Shown here piece after piece: positions 22,124-32,200 of a stretch of 64,000 nt of DNA (the stretch's first letter is position 1; each line of letters starts with the position of its first letter). The DNA is from Naegleria gruberi. Taxonomy: Eukaryota. The notes below the pieces were generated by a model, which saw only the letters and a program-made list of their open reading frames with translations, made no database searches and was not told where the DNA came from. The DNA is taken from NCBI GenBank assembly GCA_000004985.1, contig GG738915.1; one strand, 5' to 3'. The translations under genes were made by a program, and so were the position numbers.

Positions 22124-23572
22124 ATGCAAGACAATCCACCTTCAACAACCACACCGAAAGCGGAACCTGTTGAACAACAACAAGAGGAACAACCGGAGAC
22201 TGTTAGCATTGATGATAAAACAGTCTCAACATCAAATCAACAAGATATAACTAGGGATGAAGCTGCTTCATTGTATGATGATGTGTTATCATCGTCAAAT
22301 AATAATTCGAATGTTGAGAGTAATGTAACTGCAGAAGATGATTCGACAAATAATAATAATAATCAGGACAATGATCAAACAGGATCACTAGAAGGAGAAA
22401 AGGAACAACAAACAACACCTAGTACGAATAACTCTGTTGCGGATAGCAAGAATGAATCTAAAGAAAACACTAAGTCAAACAACACCACCGGCAAATATTA
22501 CAGCAATAATAATAATAACAGAGGCAACTTTAAAGGTGGAAGAGGATTCTATAATAATAACAACAATAGAGGATATTATAATAACAATAACAGAAATAAT
22601 TATAATAACAATAGCAGAGGAGGTTATAACAATAATAATAACAGAAATGGAGGTTATAACAACAATAGAGGAAACTACAATGATTACCAAGGCAATTCAT
22701 ACAACCAAGGCTCAAATGACCTCAAGAGAAATTATCAATCATACAACAATGGCAGTGGCAGTAGCAGTAGCAATAATAATAATAGAGGATATAACAATAA
22801 TAACAACTACAATGGTGAGCAATCGTACAATTATCAATCTTATGATAATAAGAGAAGAAGAGAAGATAACGCACCAGCTGCCACAAGTAGTACTACTGCG
22901 GATAACACTGAAAAACCATTGTCTGAAGTGAGAGGAGTAGCTGCTTTCTTATCAAAGGATTCACAAAATACTAGAAGTGGAGGAGATTTTAGAAACAACA
23001 ATTCAAAACAATATAATAATCAAGGAGGTTATCAAAATAAGCCATACAATAATAATCAAGGAAGTTATCAAAGTAATAACAATAATAGTACCAGCAATCA
23101 AGGATATAACAATAATCGTCCATACAATAATAATAATAATACCAACAACAACAAGACATATAACAACGATTATCAAAAGAACAGTGGCAACCAATTCCAA
23201 GATCGTTCAAACTGGGGAAATAGTGGAAATTCTTCTGATTTCCAACAAAGAAATTACCAATCACAATCATATGGTGGAGGATATAACAATACTAATAACA
23301 ATAATAGATATGAAAATGATTATAGAAAGGATGATGCTGATAGATCTAGAGGATATGATCAGCAGTATGGTGGCTATAAAAATGATTATAGAGTGGATTC
23401 AAATGTTCAAAGACAACAATACAACACACAACAATATCAAAATAATAATAATAATAATAATAATATTGAACCAGCTTTACCAAGTGGATGGAAGCAATAC
23501 TTTGATGATAAAACTGGTAAATATTATTATCATAATGAAAGAACGGACACAACACAATGGGAAAGACCATAA
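22124..23572 (+). CDS. Prion-like N/Y/G/R-rich low-complexity protein with C-terminal WW domain
   Basis: Long 'NNNNRGYYNNNNRNNYNNNSRGGYNN' tracts (RGG/YN repeats). C-terminal 'LPSGWKQYFDDKTGKYYYHNERTDTTQWERP' is a canonical WW domain. Confidence 0.7.
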   Translation: MQDNPPSTTTPKAEPVEQQQEEQPETVSIDDKTVSTSNQQDITRDEAASLYDDVLSSSNNNSNVESNVTAEDDSTNNNNNQDNDQTGSLEGEKEQQTTPSTNNSVADSKNESKENTKSNNTTGKYYSNNNNNRGNFKGGRGFYNNNNNRGYYNNNNRNNYNNNSRGGYNNNNNRNGGYNNNRGNYNDYQGNSYNQGSNDLKRNYQSYNNGSGSSSSNNNNRGYNNNNNYNGEQSYNYQSYDNKRRREDNAPAATSSTTADNTEKPLSEVRGVAAFLSKDSQNTRSGGDFRNNNSKQYNNQGGYQNKPYNNNQGSYQSNNNNSTSNQGYNNNRPYNNNNNTNNNKTYNNDYQKNSGNQFQDRSNWGNSGNSSDFQQRNYQSQSYGGGYNNTNNNNRYENDYRKDDADRSRGYDQQYGGYKNDYRVDSNVQRQQYNTQQYQNNNNNNNNIEPALPSGWKQYFDDKTGKYYYHNERTDTTQWERP

Positions 23573-23645
23573 ACTAATTTATTGGAAGAAGAAATTGTTA
23601 AATTATAAATATATTGACTAGTCTGAAAATGTACAATCAAGTGAA

Positions 23646-24551
23646 CTATTTATTGTTTTTACTGAAAACACTTTTCCACTGTGAAAACTGAATTGTGGAG
23701 TTGCCTGTTTTCATAACTGTGTAGGATTTCTTGTTATTAAATGGTTCTTCGTCAAAATCAATACGGTTTGGATGATTAATAATTGGAAATGAGGATGGTT
23801 GTTTGAAAAAGAAACTATCTTCAACCATTGGACTATCAACTACATTGTTATCTTGGAGATGATTCAGTAATACATCATCCAATTTTGTTGCTGGTATGCA
23901 CTGCTCATCCAGGCTGCCAAGTATTCTCTGGAGTTGCTGAGGAGTTTTGGATACAAGAGATAAGGAACCAGATTCAGATTGTAATCTTCTACTCTTACAG
24001 GAGGGTTGAAATCTACGCTTAGTATTCTCCTCATATTGTAATGTGCTTGCCCTCAATAAACCTGTTTGTTTCTTTGATAATCTGTTGTGTGTTTTGCAGA
24101 ATTGATCAAATCTTGAATCAATTTCATGCTCCTTCTCCATTCTCTCAAAATCGAATGGTTGTCTTTGTTCGATCATTGATGTAGGCTTTTGAATTCTGTC
24201 CACTTGCTTTTCATTCAGGTTTACAAATTCACCATCAACACGAGAGGGTTGGTGTACTCGCAACATCATCTTCATTTGATCAATTTCTCTTTGTCTCTGT
24301 TGTGCTCTCTGTTTGAAAGTTTCCCTAGGGGTAGACCTTGATGGAGGAGGCATTTCAACTTGATTAGTTTCCTTTCCGCTTTCCACATTCCTAGCCTTGT
24401 CTTCATTATTCACCTTAGGAGAATTTCTTTCCACCATCCTCTCATCATTATCATAAACAGAGGTAGGCTCCACAATACTCAACTTCTTCTTCCAAAGGCT
24501 AGCCTTTTCTAATTGACTATTCATGTTGCTGTCAGCAGTCTCTTGAGGCAT
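23646..24551 (-). CDS. Hypothetical protein (301 aa), low complexity, no recognised domain
   Basis: ATG-initiated ORF with protein-like composition. Orphan. Confidence 0.4.
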   Translation of the reverse strand: MPQETADSNMNSQLEKASLWKKKLSIVEPTSVYDNDERMVERNSPKVNNEDKARNVESGKETNQVEMPPPSRSTPRETFKQRAQQRQREIDQMKMMLRVHQPSRVDGEFVNLNEKQVDRIQKPTSMIEQRQPFDFERMEKEHEIDSRFDQFCKTHNRLSKKQTGLLRASTLQYEENTKRRFQPSCKSRRLQSESGSLSLVSKTPQQLQRILGSLDEQCIPATKLDDVLLNHLQDNNVVDSPMVEDSFFFKQPSSFPIINHPNRIDFDEEPFNNKKSYTVMKTGNSTIQFSQWKSVFSKNNK

Positions 24552-24679
24552 GTTGTTAAGATATTTTTTTTAAGGTATGATTGAGGACTACACAAGAACA
24601 CAACAATGTGTGGCGGGAAATGTCAACAATGCAACAAAACAAAATTCAAAATAATCTATTTTACAAGAAATATAACAAC

Positions 24680-27600
24680 TCAACAGTCGTTTAATAAACG
24701 TTCTTGATGTCTCTTGTTAAATTCAACATGGTCCAATAAGTGAGTGACAATATTTTGAGATTGTTGGGCTTCATAGTACAATGCTTCTTGGGGTGAGCTC
24801 TCTCTTTGAATATCTTGCTGTTCATCATGATCATCTGAGTATTCTTCGTCCATGAAAGATCTAGGGTGTGAAAAACTAAGACCTCTATTACTAAGTGTAT
24901 TATGTGAAATAGAGGAAGATCGACTATTGTAAAAGTCCTCCCTGGATGTGAATTTGGCAAGGACATTATTTTGGAAACGTTCAGCGTATGAAATTGGCTC
25001 CACACTACTGATACCATTTGGATCTTTTCTTAAAATCTTCGTTTTGATTAAAGTTTCCATCTTCTTATTCATGTCATAGAGCTGCAAAATATCAATTACA
25101 GAAGAGTACATGATGGCTGCTCTATTGTAAGGAGAATCCAAGTCTATAACTTGAATTCCTCCCTTATAAGTTTTGTGGAATGGCTCATAAAACTTAATCT
25201 CATTTGGTAAACTTTCCACACTAATAACAGCTGGGTCATCTTCAGCTAAACCTAGAAGGAGCGAATAATCCATAATCTTGAGAGATTTGAGAAAGTTGGA
25301 ATCAATAGTCAATTGTTGTTTGAATCTTTCATAAATTGCCTTATTTTCAAAAATTATTTTACGCTTTCTAGTAAAATCATTATCAAGTAATAACTTGTTT
25401 CTGTTTTGAACATGACTGGCATATGCATCCTCAGCATTGGATGTAGATTTGAATTTAAGAGTATTGGCATAACCATCAAAGGTAGGAAGGTTGTTTCTGT
25501 TAATCCAACTTCCTTTCAAGTCAAACTTGGTATAGACACTCATTGGATCATATTGTGCTCCACGATCCTTTGCTAATCTACAATTCAAAGCATTGTTAAT
25601 GACAATAAATTTGATTTTAAAGTTGGCTGTCATTTTCAATTCATAAATACCAAATATTTTCACAATAAATGTATCTCTAAATGTTGTGTAATGCTTGTAA
25701 AAGAATTGAATATTGTCCAATAGTAATTTCAATTCATCATCATTAATAGTCTTGATCATAAATTGAGAATCGTAAGTGAATAGGAAGAAACTACCTGACT
25801 TTCCTTCACTGAAATTATTTCTCACAGATTCCAACACTACAGAAGTTGGTTCAAAAGATCTCTTGTAAGATTCCATAATAGAATGAATATCTGCTGAACC
25901 AGTAAGATTATCAACAAAGTAGTAGCTTCTCAAGTGATGGAAAGCTGTTGGATAATACTCAGTGACACTAATCTTGTGTTTTGTAACAAGGTTGTAAAGT
26001 CCAGGATGTGTTTTGGATCTCAGAGATGGATGGAAGAGTTTCTTCATTAGTGGAGAACCGTACAGAGTATTTCTATGAGAGGTCAATTCAGATTCTGAAT
26101 AATTGAATTGTTTGATAATGTCTTCACATTCATGAGCTTGTTTCATACAGTGTTGAGTAGCCAACAAGACACAAAAAATCAAATCTCTTCTGACCATATA
26201 GTCAATGGCAACGTTTGAAAGAGAATCCTCAAAGAATTTTTGATCTTGTTGTGATAGATATTTCAAGAAACGTTCTTGGTCTGCTTCAGAACCCTCATCC
26301 ATAATACCTTCGAAGAGTAATCTTTGATGGTAAAGTGATTCCTTAGCTTTTTCAATGGCCATTCTTCTTCTAGAGAGAAGATCGAGTTCCTCATCCACAG
26401 CAACACCTTCCGCTAAAATGGAAGTATAGAGTGTTGAGCTTTTGATAACACCCTTCTTCTTGATTCTATCGAGAATATTTTGTCCCTCATCGTTTTCTGT
26501 AAGCATACAAAGAAAGTCCTTAAATTTCTTAATATGTCTCAAAATGATAGGATCTGAAAGTAAGATTAGTGACAAAATGAGACCTTCAATACTCGATACA
26601 ATAATTGAAATATTACGAGCAATAATTGTGAAAATAGTAATTCCAGCATCACTAAAGTCCTCCCCTTTTTGTTTCAATTCAGAAATCTTACCCTTCAAAA
26701 TAACACTTGAAAGTAAAGTTCCCAATAAAGAAATGCCAATAACACCACTGAAAATACATTGTCTAATAATGATACCATTTCTTAATTTTTGAGTACCTGG
26801 TAAACCTCTTCTCAAACTTGACCAAACATATAAACAAATACCAATACCTATAATGGCCATAATACCATTGATACCATAGATGGCATAACCAATATATAAT
26901 TCATCAGGAAGAATTGAACATGCCTGATTGTTTTGTGTTAGTGTACTCTCAACTACAGATCCTACAATTGCAAGAATGGTGAGTGTCCACATGCAAATAT
27001 GATACATGATGTGTTTTTTCTTATTTCCCTTGATGGGATTCGTAGCAACATTGAGTAAATCCAATACAATGCAAAATCCATAACAATATGAGCAAAAATT
27101 AAATCCATATTCGAATATAGCAACAACTATACACATGTTTGGTTCATAGATCGTCTCTGGAAAGTGTAAAATTAGCAATATGAGAAAGTGTTTCACGCAA
27201 CTGAGAGCTTCAGTGGCCAGAAAAGCCATAATGAGAGCAAAATTCTTTCTACCTCTCAATTCAGCAAGTCCAACAAAGGCCACCATCAATATGATACAAA
27301 AGCAAAAGCTTAATGCTGCAAACACCAATTCAAAATAGGAGCACACTCTTGCCAAGAGTGCTATCCTCATCATTAATAAATCCATGGTAGGATCAGTTGA
27401 ATTTGTTCCATTATTATTTGAAGAATTATCAAGTAATACCAAGTGTTCCATTGTTGTAAATTCATTTTTCCAAAATTCGTCAATTCCAATTTTAAAAGTT
27501 GCTGCACCTTTTCGAGAGTGAATGAATGAATCGTAATTATCATCATCCTGATGTTCCTCCTCCTCATGATCATCGTAATGAAAAGGCAGTGAATTAGAAG

Positions 27601-27964
27601 GGGTGGTAAATCGATCTCTAAACAGACTTGTCTTTAATTTGTTACTATACATTTGGTGAATAGAATTTTGATTTGATAAACTTGTATGATCCGGTGTTAA
27701 ATTATTGTTACTCGAAAGGCTAAGAGATGGTCGGATGATAACTACATGATGAAGAAATAATAAACATGAAAGGAGGAGAAGGAAAAGGACAATATACAAG
27801 GAGGTAGTCATGATTGTTGAAAAGGAACAGAATGATTTTGTTGATGAAGATGATGTACTAGTTATTCCGTCATTGCTATTCGCCTGTTGCTTTCCAGCAG
27901 CAACACTAACACAACAAGAAGAATCGGACTTGCTCGTTGTGAGTCTTGTTGGAGATGATGGCAT
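24680..27964 (-). CDS. GPCR-PIPK: 7TM receptor-like N-terminal region fused to a C-terminal phosphatidylinositol-phosphate kinase catalytic domain
   Basis: Multiple hydrophobic helices between residues ~200 and 480. The PIPK core is 'GKSGSFFLFTYDSQFMIKTI', 'IVKIFGIYELKM' and 'MDYSLLLGLAE'. Confidence 0.8.
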   Translation of the reverse strand: MPSSPTRLTTSKSDSSCCVSVAAGKQQANSNDGITSTSSSSTKSFCSFSTIMTTSLYIVLFLLLLSCLLFLHHVVIIRPSLSLSSNNNLTPDHTSLSNQNSIHQMYSNKLKTSLFRDRFTTPSNSLPFHYDDHEEEEHQDDDNYDSFIHSRKGAATFKIGIDEFWKNEFTTMEHLVLLDNSSNNNGTNSTDPTMDLLMMRIALLARVCSYFELVFAALSFCFCIILMVAFVGLAELRGRKNFALIMAFLATEALSCVKHFLILLILHFPETIYEPNMCIVVAIFEYGFNFCSYCYGFCIVLDLLNVATNPIKGNKKKHIMYHICMWTLTILAIVGSVVESTLTQNNQACSILPDELYIGYAIYGINGIMAIIGIGICLYVWSSLRRGLPGTQKLRNGIIIRQCIFSGVIGISLLGTLLSSVILKGKISELKQKGEDFSDAGITIFTIIARNISIIVSSIEGLILSLILLSDPIILRHIKKFKDFLCMLTENDEGQNILDRIKKKGVIKSSTLYTSILAEGVAVDEELDLLSRRRMAIEKAKESLYHQRLLFEGIMDEGSEADQERFLKYLSQQDQKFFEDSLSNVAIDYMVRRDLIFCVLLATQHCMKQAHECEDIIKQFNYSESELTSHRNTLYGSPLMKKLFHPSLRSKTHPGLYNLVTKHKISVTEYYPTAFHHLRSYYFVDNLTGSADIHSIMESYKRSFEPTSVVLESVRNNFSEGKSGSFFLFTYDSQFMIKTINDDELKLLLDNIQFFYKHYTTFRDTFIVKIFGIYELKMTANFKIKFIVINNALNCRLAKDRGAQYDPMSVYTKFDLKGSWINRNNLPTFDGYANTLKFKSTSNAEDAYASHVQNRNKLLLDNDFTRKRKIIFENKAIYERFKQQLTIDSNFLKSLKIMDYSLLLGLAEDDPAVISVESLPNEIKFYEPFHKTYKGGIQVIDLDSPYNRAAIMYSSVIDILQLYDMNKKMETLIKTKILRKDPNGISSVEPISYAERFQNNVLAKFTSREDFYNSRSSSISHNTLSNRGLSFSHPRSFMDEEYSDDHDEQQDIQRESSPQEALYYEAQQSQNIVTHLLDHVEFNKRHQERLLNDC

Positions 27965-28135
27965 TATTTTGTGATAGTGAGTGTTGTGTCTGCAAACGGA
28001 TAATAATTAGTGAAAAGGTAATCATGCGATAGATTTTTTATGAATTTAAAAAAAGACATCACACAATACTGACAATTCCTGTCTACAAGGAATTTACAAC
28101 ATTGGGATGTCTCATTCAACTAAGGCTAAAATCTT

Positions 28136-28695
28136 TTATTTGTATTCCAATAAATTACTAAAAACCCATCTAACAACAGATTTGGCCACCACGGGTTCAC
28201 AATTAATTTCTTTGACAGCATGTGCAGTCTTGGCTTCTTTATCACCATTAAAACTAATCAAAGCATCCACAACATTCTCCAAAACATATCCTTTCAGGGT
28301 TGTGTTGGGAATATCTTCTTTACTGATACCAATCCCTCCTTTATTCCTTGGAGTGAGTAATATTGTCTTGATTGATTCAACTGACCATGTTGTGCAATCA
28401 GTTTTATCATACTTGAATGAATCGATTTGAAAGGTATTAACAGCTCTTTGTAGGGTTGGAGTATGTTTGATTTGTTTTGGTGGTGATGTAACTTTTGGTT
28501 TGTTTTTATGGGCATCATGAACAATATAAGGATCGTTGATCTAGCTGCTGACACAATATTGTCTCCAATTGTTGGCCTTGTGTTAAATTGTCTTCTTATT
28601 TGGCACCTTACCGGAAATATTTTAGCGAAGGCTGTGAGTGTTCTTTTTGCATGTTGTTTTGGTGGTATGTCCACCTCCATTTCTATAGCCACCAT
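28136..28695 (-). CDS. Hypothetical two-exon gene (~162 aa). Exons complement(join(28136..28540,28612..28695)).
   Basis: Exon 1 'MVAIEMEVDIPPKQHAKRTLTAFAKIFP' ends at a GTAAGG donor. A 71-nt intron ends 'gctag'. Exon 2 is a 134-codon open frame 'INDPYIVHDAHKNKPKV...EDIPNTTLKGYVLENVVDALISF...SVVRWVFSNLLEYK*'. It lacks any start codon and is therefore invisible in the ORF track. Confidence 0.4.
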
Positions 28696-28850
28696 TTTTC
28701 TTTTAAAAGTATTTTCGAAAGAAATAGCCGCCAAAAATAGATACTGTCAGCAAGTTTTAAACTTAATTTCCAAAGTCACACAATAAAAAACTTTCTTCCT
28801 TAATATTCAACAACAACAATACTGCTACAGCATAAAATCAAAAGTTTATA

Positions 28851-28931
28851 CGCAGACTGCAGGATTCGAACCTACGAAGGTTTCCCCAACAGATTTCAAG
28901 TCTGTCGCCTTAACCACTCGGCCAAGTCTGC
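28851..28931 (-). tRNA. tRNA-Ser (anticodon UGA) with long variable arm
   Basis: Reverse complement GCAGACTTGGCCGAGTGGTTAAGGCGACAGACTTGAAATCTGTTGGGGAAACCTTCGTAGGTTCGAATCCTGCAGTCTGCG. Anticodon loop CTTGAAA. Variable arm 'TGGGGAAACCTTCGTA'. Confidence 0.9.
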
Positions 28932-29074
28932 TACATATATTTTCGCCATTTTTGCTTAAGGGCTCCACTACAATCACATGGATTAATTTTTTTGCTCATT
29001 TTGTTCTCTTTAGAATTTCCTTTTTCGGAGAGATATCATGAATACAACTGATAACTTTTTTGTTAACAATGTAT

Positions 29075-29147
29075 GCGCAAGTAGATCAGTGGTTAGATCG
29101 TCCGCCTCACACGCGGAAGGTCGCGGGTTCAAACCCCGCCTTGCGTA
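29075..29147 (+). tRNA. tRNA-Val (anticodon CAC)
   Basis: GCGCAAGTAGATCAGTGGTTAGATCGTCCGCCTCACACGCGGAAGGTCGCGGGTTCAAACCCCGCCTTGCGTA. Anticodon loop CTCACAC. Followed by 'aaaatttta' T-run. Confidence 0.9.
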
Positions 29148-29228
29148 AAATTTTATTGGGAAAAATCATTTTATTTTCAAGCATGTTTTTTGCTATTATT
29201 TTCCAATGCAAACAGTGTGAAAAGTTTA

Positions 29229-32200
29229 TTAGAGAACAAAGTTTAATGTGGAAACAACCAAAGCAATCATCAATACACCAACCATCTTCAAAGAATGAGA
29301 ATGTGAAATAATAGAAGCTCTTGGAACTTGTGGGCTTGAAAATCCACTCACTGAATTGGAGGCACCTGGCTGAACAGTAGTATCAGGTTCAACAGTTGGA
29401 TCTGCAGAAGGTCTTGTCTCTGTGGCAACATCAAAGAACAATGAGGAAACCTTAATTGGATCCTTGTCTGGACTTTCTGAAACACCACATGTAGAAACAG
29501 AGCCCCATTTCTTAATTTCACCTGATGTGATAAATCTGGAGGTTTCTTCTTGTCCCTGATCACCAATAAATCTTACATTATCCACAATCAAATCTCTGTA
29601 CGGACTTGTAGCAGTGATGGTACCAGAGAAATAGAAGGAAAATCTTTGGAATTGTTGAACTCCTGTAAAACTCAAGTCAGAGAGTGGAATTCTAACTCTT
29701 GTGAGACGAGTTTCATCAATCTTGTAGAATTGAGTATAGGTGCTGTTAGTTGTCAGAGTTTTGATTGTTGTAAATTGTTTGGTATTTGAATTGTAAGAAG
29801 CAAAGCTCATTGTCAATTCAAAAGAGCCACTGCTATTAGTTTCTCTCACAAAGAATTCGAAATACTTGTAAATGGAAGTATCAACAGCAAAAGAAGTGTA
29901 TCTGTACAATTGTAATCCACCTCTTCTGAAACTCATGTAGAATGATGAGCTTCCACATACTGGATTAATAGAGTAGGATGTATTCGAAACTACATAATCA
30001 CCACTACCTGAATTGGAATAGACTTGTGCAGTAAATCCAGTTGACTTGGAAGGATCTCCATCATTGTACAGATACAAGGCCTCTGACTCATTCTTTACAA
30101 CACAAGGTGAAGTAGTAATAACAAATGGTGGTAAATTACAAGTTCCACTACAATACAATTGGGCTCTCAAATGTCCCTTTGGATTTTCAGAACTTGAAAC
30201 CTTTACAAAAATTCTTCCTTTCAACAAGTCAACCCATTCACCATGAGATAATTGTAAACCAAATCTACTTTGAGAATATGGAGATGGAACATAGGAATAT
30301 GAAATAATTCTTTCAACAGAACCAACGGATCCAACACCCACTTCAACAAGAGTTGCCTTGTCATTCATATTATGATGCAGAATCAAATCTAACATCTTGT
30401 CATTGTAATTGAGAAAACCAAAAACTGTACCAACTGCACTACTCGATCCAGATGCTAGTGGAGTAATGGAATTTTGTTGACACATTTCCAATCGACCAAC
30501 AAATCTATCTTCCTTCAAGAAAACTCTGTAGGTTTCTCTTGGATTTTCTGGAAGACTTGGATTGGCAGTTCCACAATAATTATTTGGACAAGTGGCAGTG
30601 ATAACAATATCTTTAGAGTTACTCCATGAACCATAATCAACAAATCCATACCATTCCTTCTTATTATTTTTGGAATAGGTATTTTCAAATTTGATATACA
30701 AGTGACCAGTAGTAGAATTGAATATTATATTATGATAATATTCAGTTGGATAATTGACAACGTCTTGGAATGAATTGGACAATTTCAAAGTCTTTGGATC
30801 TGATGTAGAGGTTATAGAGAATTTAGAACCTTTTGGATATTGAATGACCATGACAACCCAATCGCCAGAAGCTGAAGATTGCATTTGTAAACTCATTGGG
30901 TTTGGAGGAGGAAGATCAAAAGCATATTTCATGGCATAGAAACCACGTGATGGAACATTGGATTGCATATAGAAAGTTCCACCAGAAGACATTCCACCAG
31001 CAGTACTTGTTTGGATGTTTCTAGTGAGGTCTGTAAGGTACATTCTTGGAATTCTTGTATTGTAGGAAATATATTCTGGATGGGAAATACCATATGGATC
31101 GATGATTACAGAACTAGTAATATTGTAATTCAAAGCTCTAAATTGAACGTAGGATTCACCAATAAATGGACAAACAGAGGCGTTGTTCCACTCTGATCTA
31201 ATTTCACAACCTTCAAAGTTTTGAATTGCATCATTACCACTAATCCATGCACCAGCAGCAACACCAGTGATCGATCCATCTATATCCATGAAAACAGCAC
31301 CCTTTCACAATATCTATTTCTGGTATGGAGCTTGAAATAATTGTCAAGATAGGACAATGCACCAGCTCTTCTATATTGATCAGTGACAAAGTTTCTAAAA
31401 GTCACATTTCTCAACAATTCAGCACCGCCGTTATCATAAGTTTCATAACCCTTAATGACCACAGTTGTTGAGGCATATAAATTTGGTCTTGTTCTATTTC
31501 CCTTATCAACATTTGGTCTCAAAGTATAGTCTCCAATATTATCCGATTCTCCAATCATGATTGAATCGGTAATGTATGAAGTACCAGGTGGAGAATTCAT
31601 CTGTCTCATATTATCAGTCAAGTACAAGTTTTTGAAAACGATATTTCCACAACGAGCCCAAATTCCATAATTTCTCAACTTGTAAGCTGTGAAATTATCA
31701 ATGAGAGCCTCAATAGATGGATAGTAACCAGCTTGTTCAGTTGTGCCATCAGCTTTTTCCATATCATCCATGAATAGTCCATTATGTCCACTGTGAGCTA
31801 CATTTCCTGAAAATGGTTTAGGTGGAGCAGTTCTTGGATTGATAGAACCTGGGGCGTACAATGAGGCACTGGCACCTGTTGGGAAAGTTGGCCTAAATAA
31901 GAATTAAAAACACTTAGGTGATCATGAATATTTTGTAAAAAACTTACATTCTAATAACAATTTGAAAATTAATCAAGTAATAAAGATGATAACTTACGTA
32001 AACCAATAGCAATGCTTTCCACCAACAGCATGATTATCAATGAATGAATTGTTTGGATTGGTAATCCAGAAAACAGCAACTTCACTATCAGATGGAATCA
32101 AACGATACGTCAAATCATAAACAGGTTTTGGACGAATTCCCAAATTATGCTTGAACACATTACCTAGTTCAGAACCATCCTCCAAAAAGTATTCATGACC

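Noticed and set aside
22437-23270. Multiple I/T/Y/C-rich ORFs on both strands (22437..22931, 22475..22690, 22530..22715, 22977..23621, 22989..23270, 23003..23200)
   Set aside because: They are frame-shifted or antisense readings of the AAT/AAC/TAT low-complexity coding repeats of the WW-domain protein.
31283-31311. Putative 29-nt intron (GTGAAAG...ATATAG) to fix the CEMIP-like frame break
   Set aside because: It is shorter than any other intron in the window (41 nt or more). It would also excise the conserved 'FMDIDGS' motif. A homopolymer indel explains the data better.
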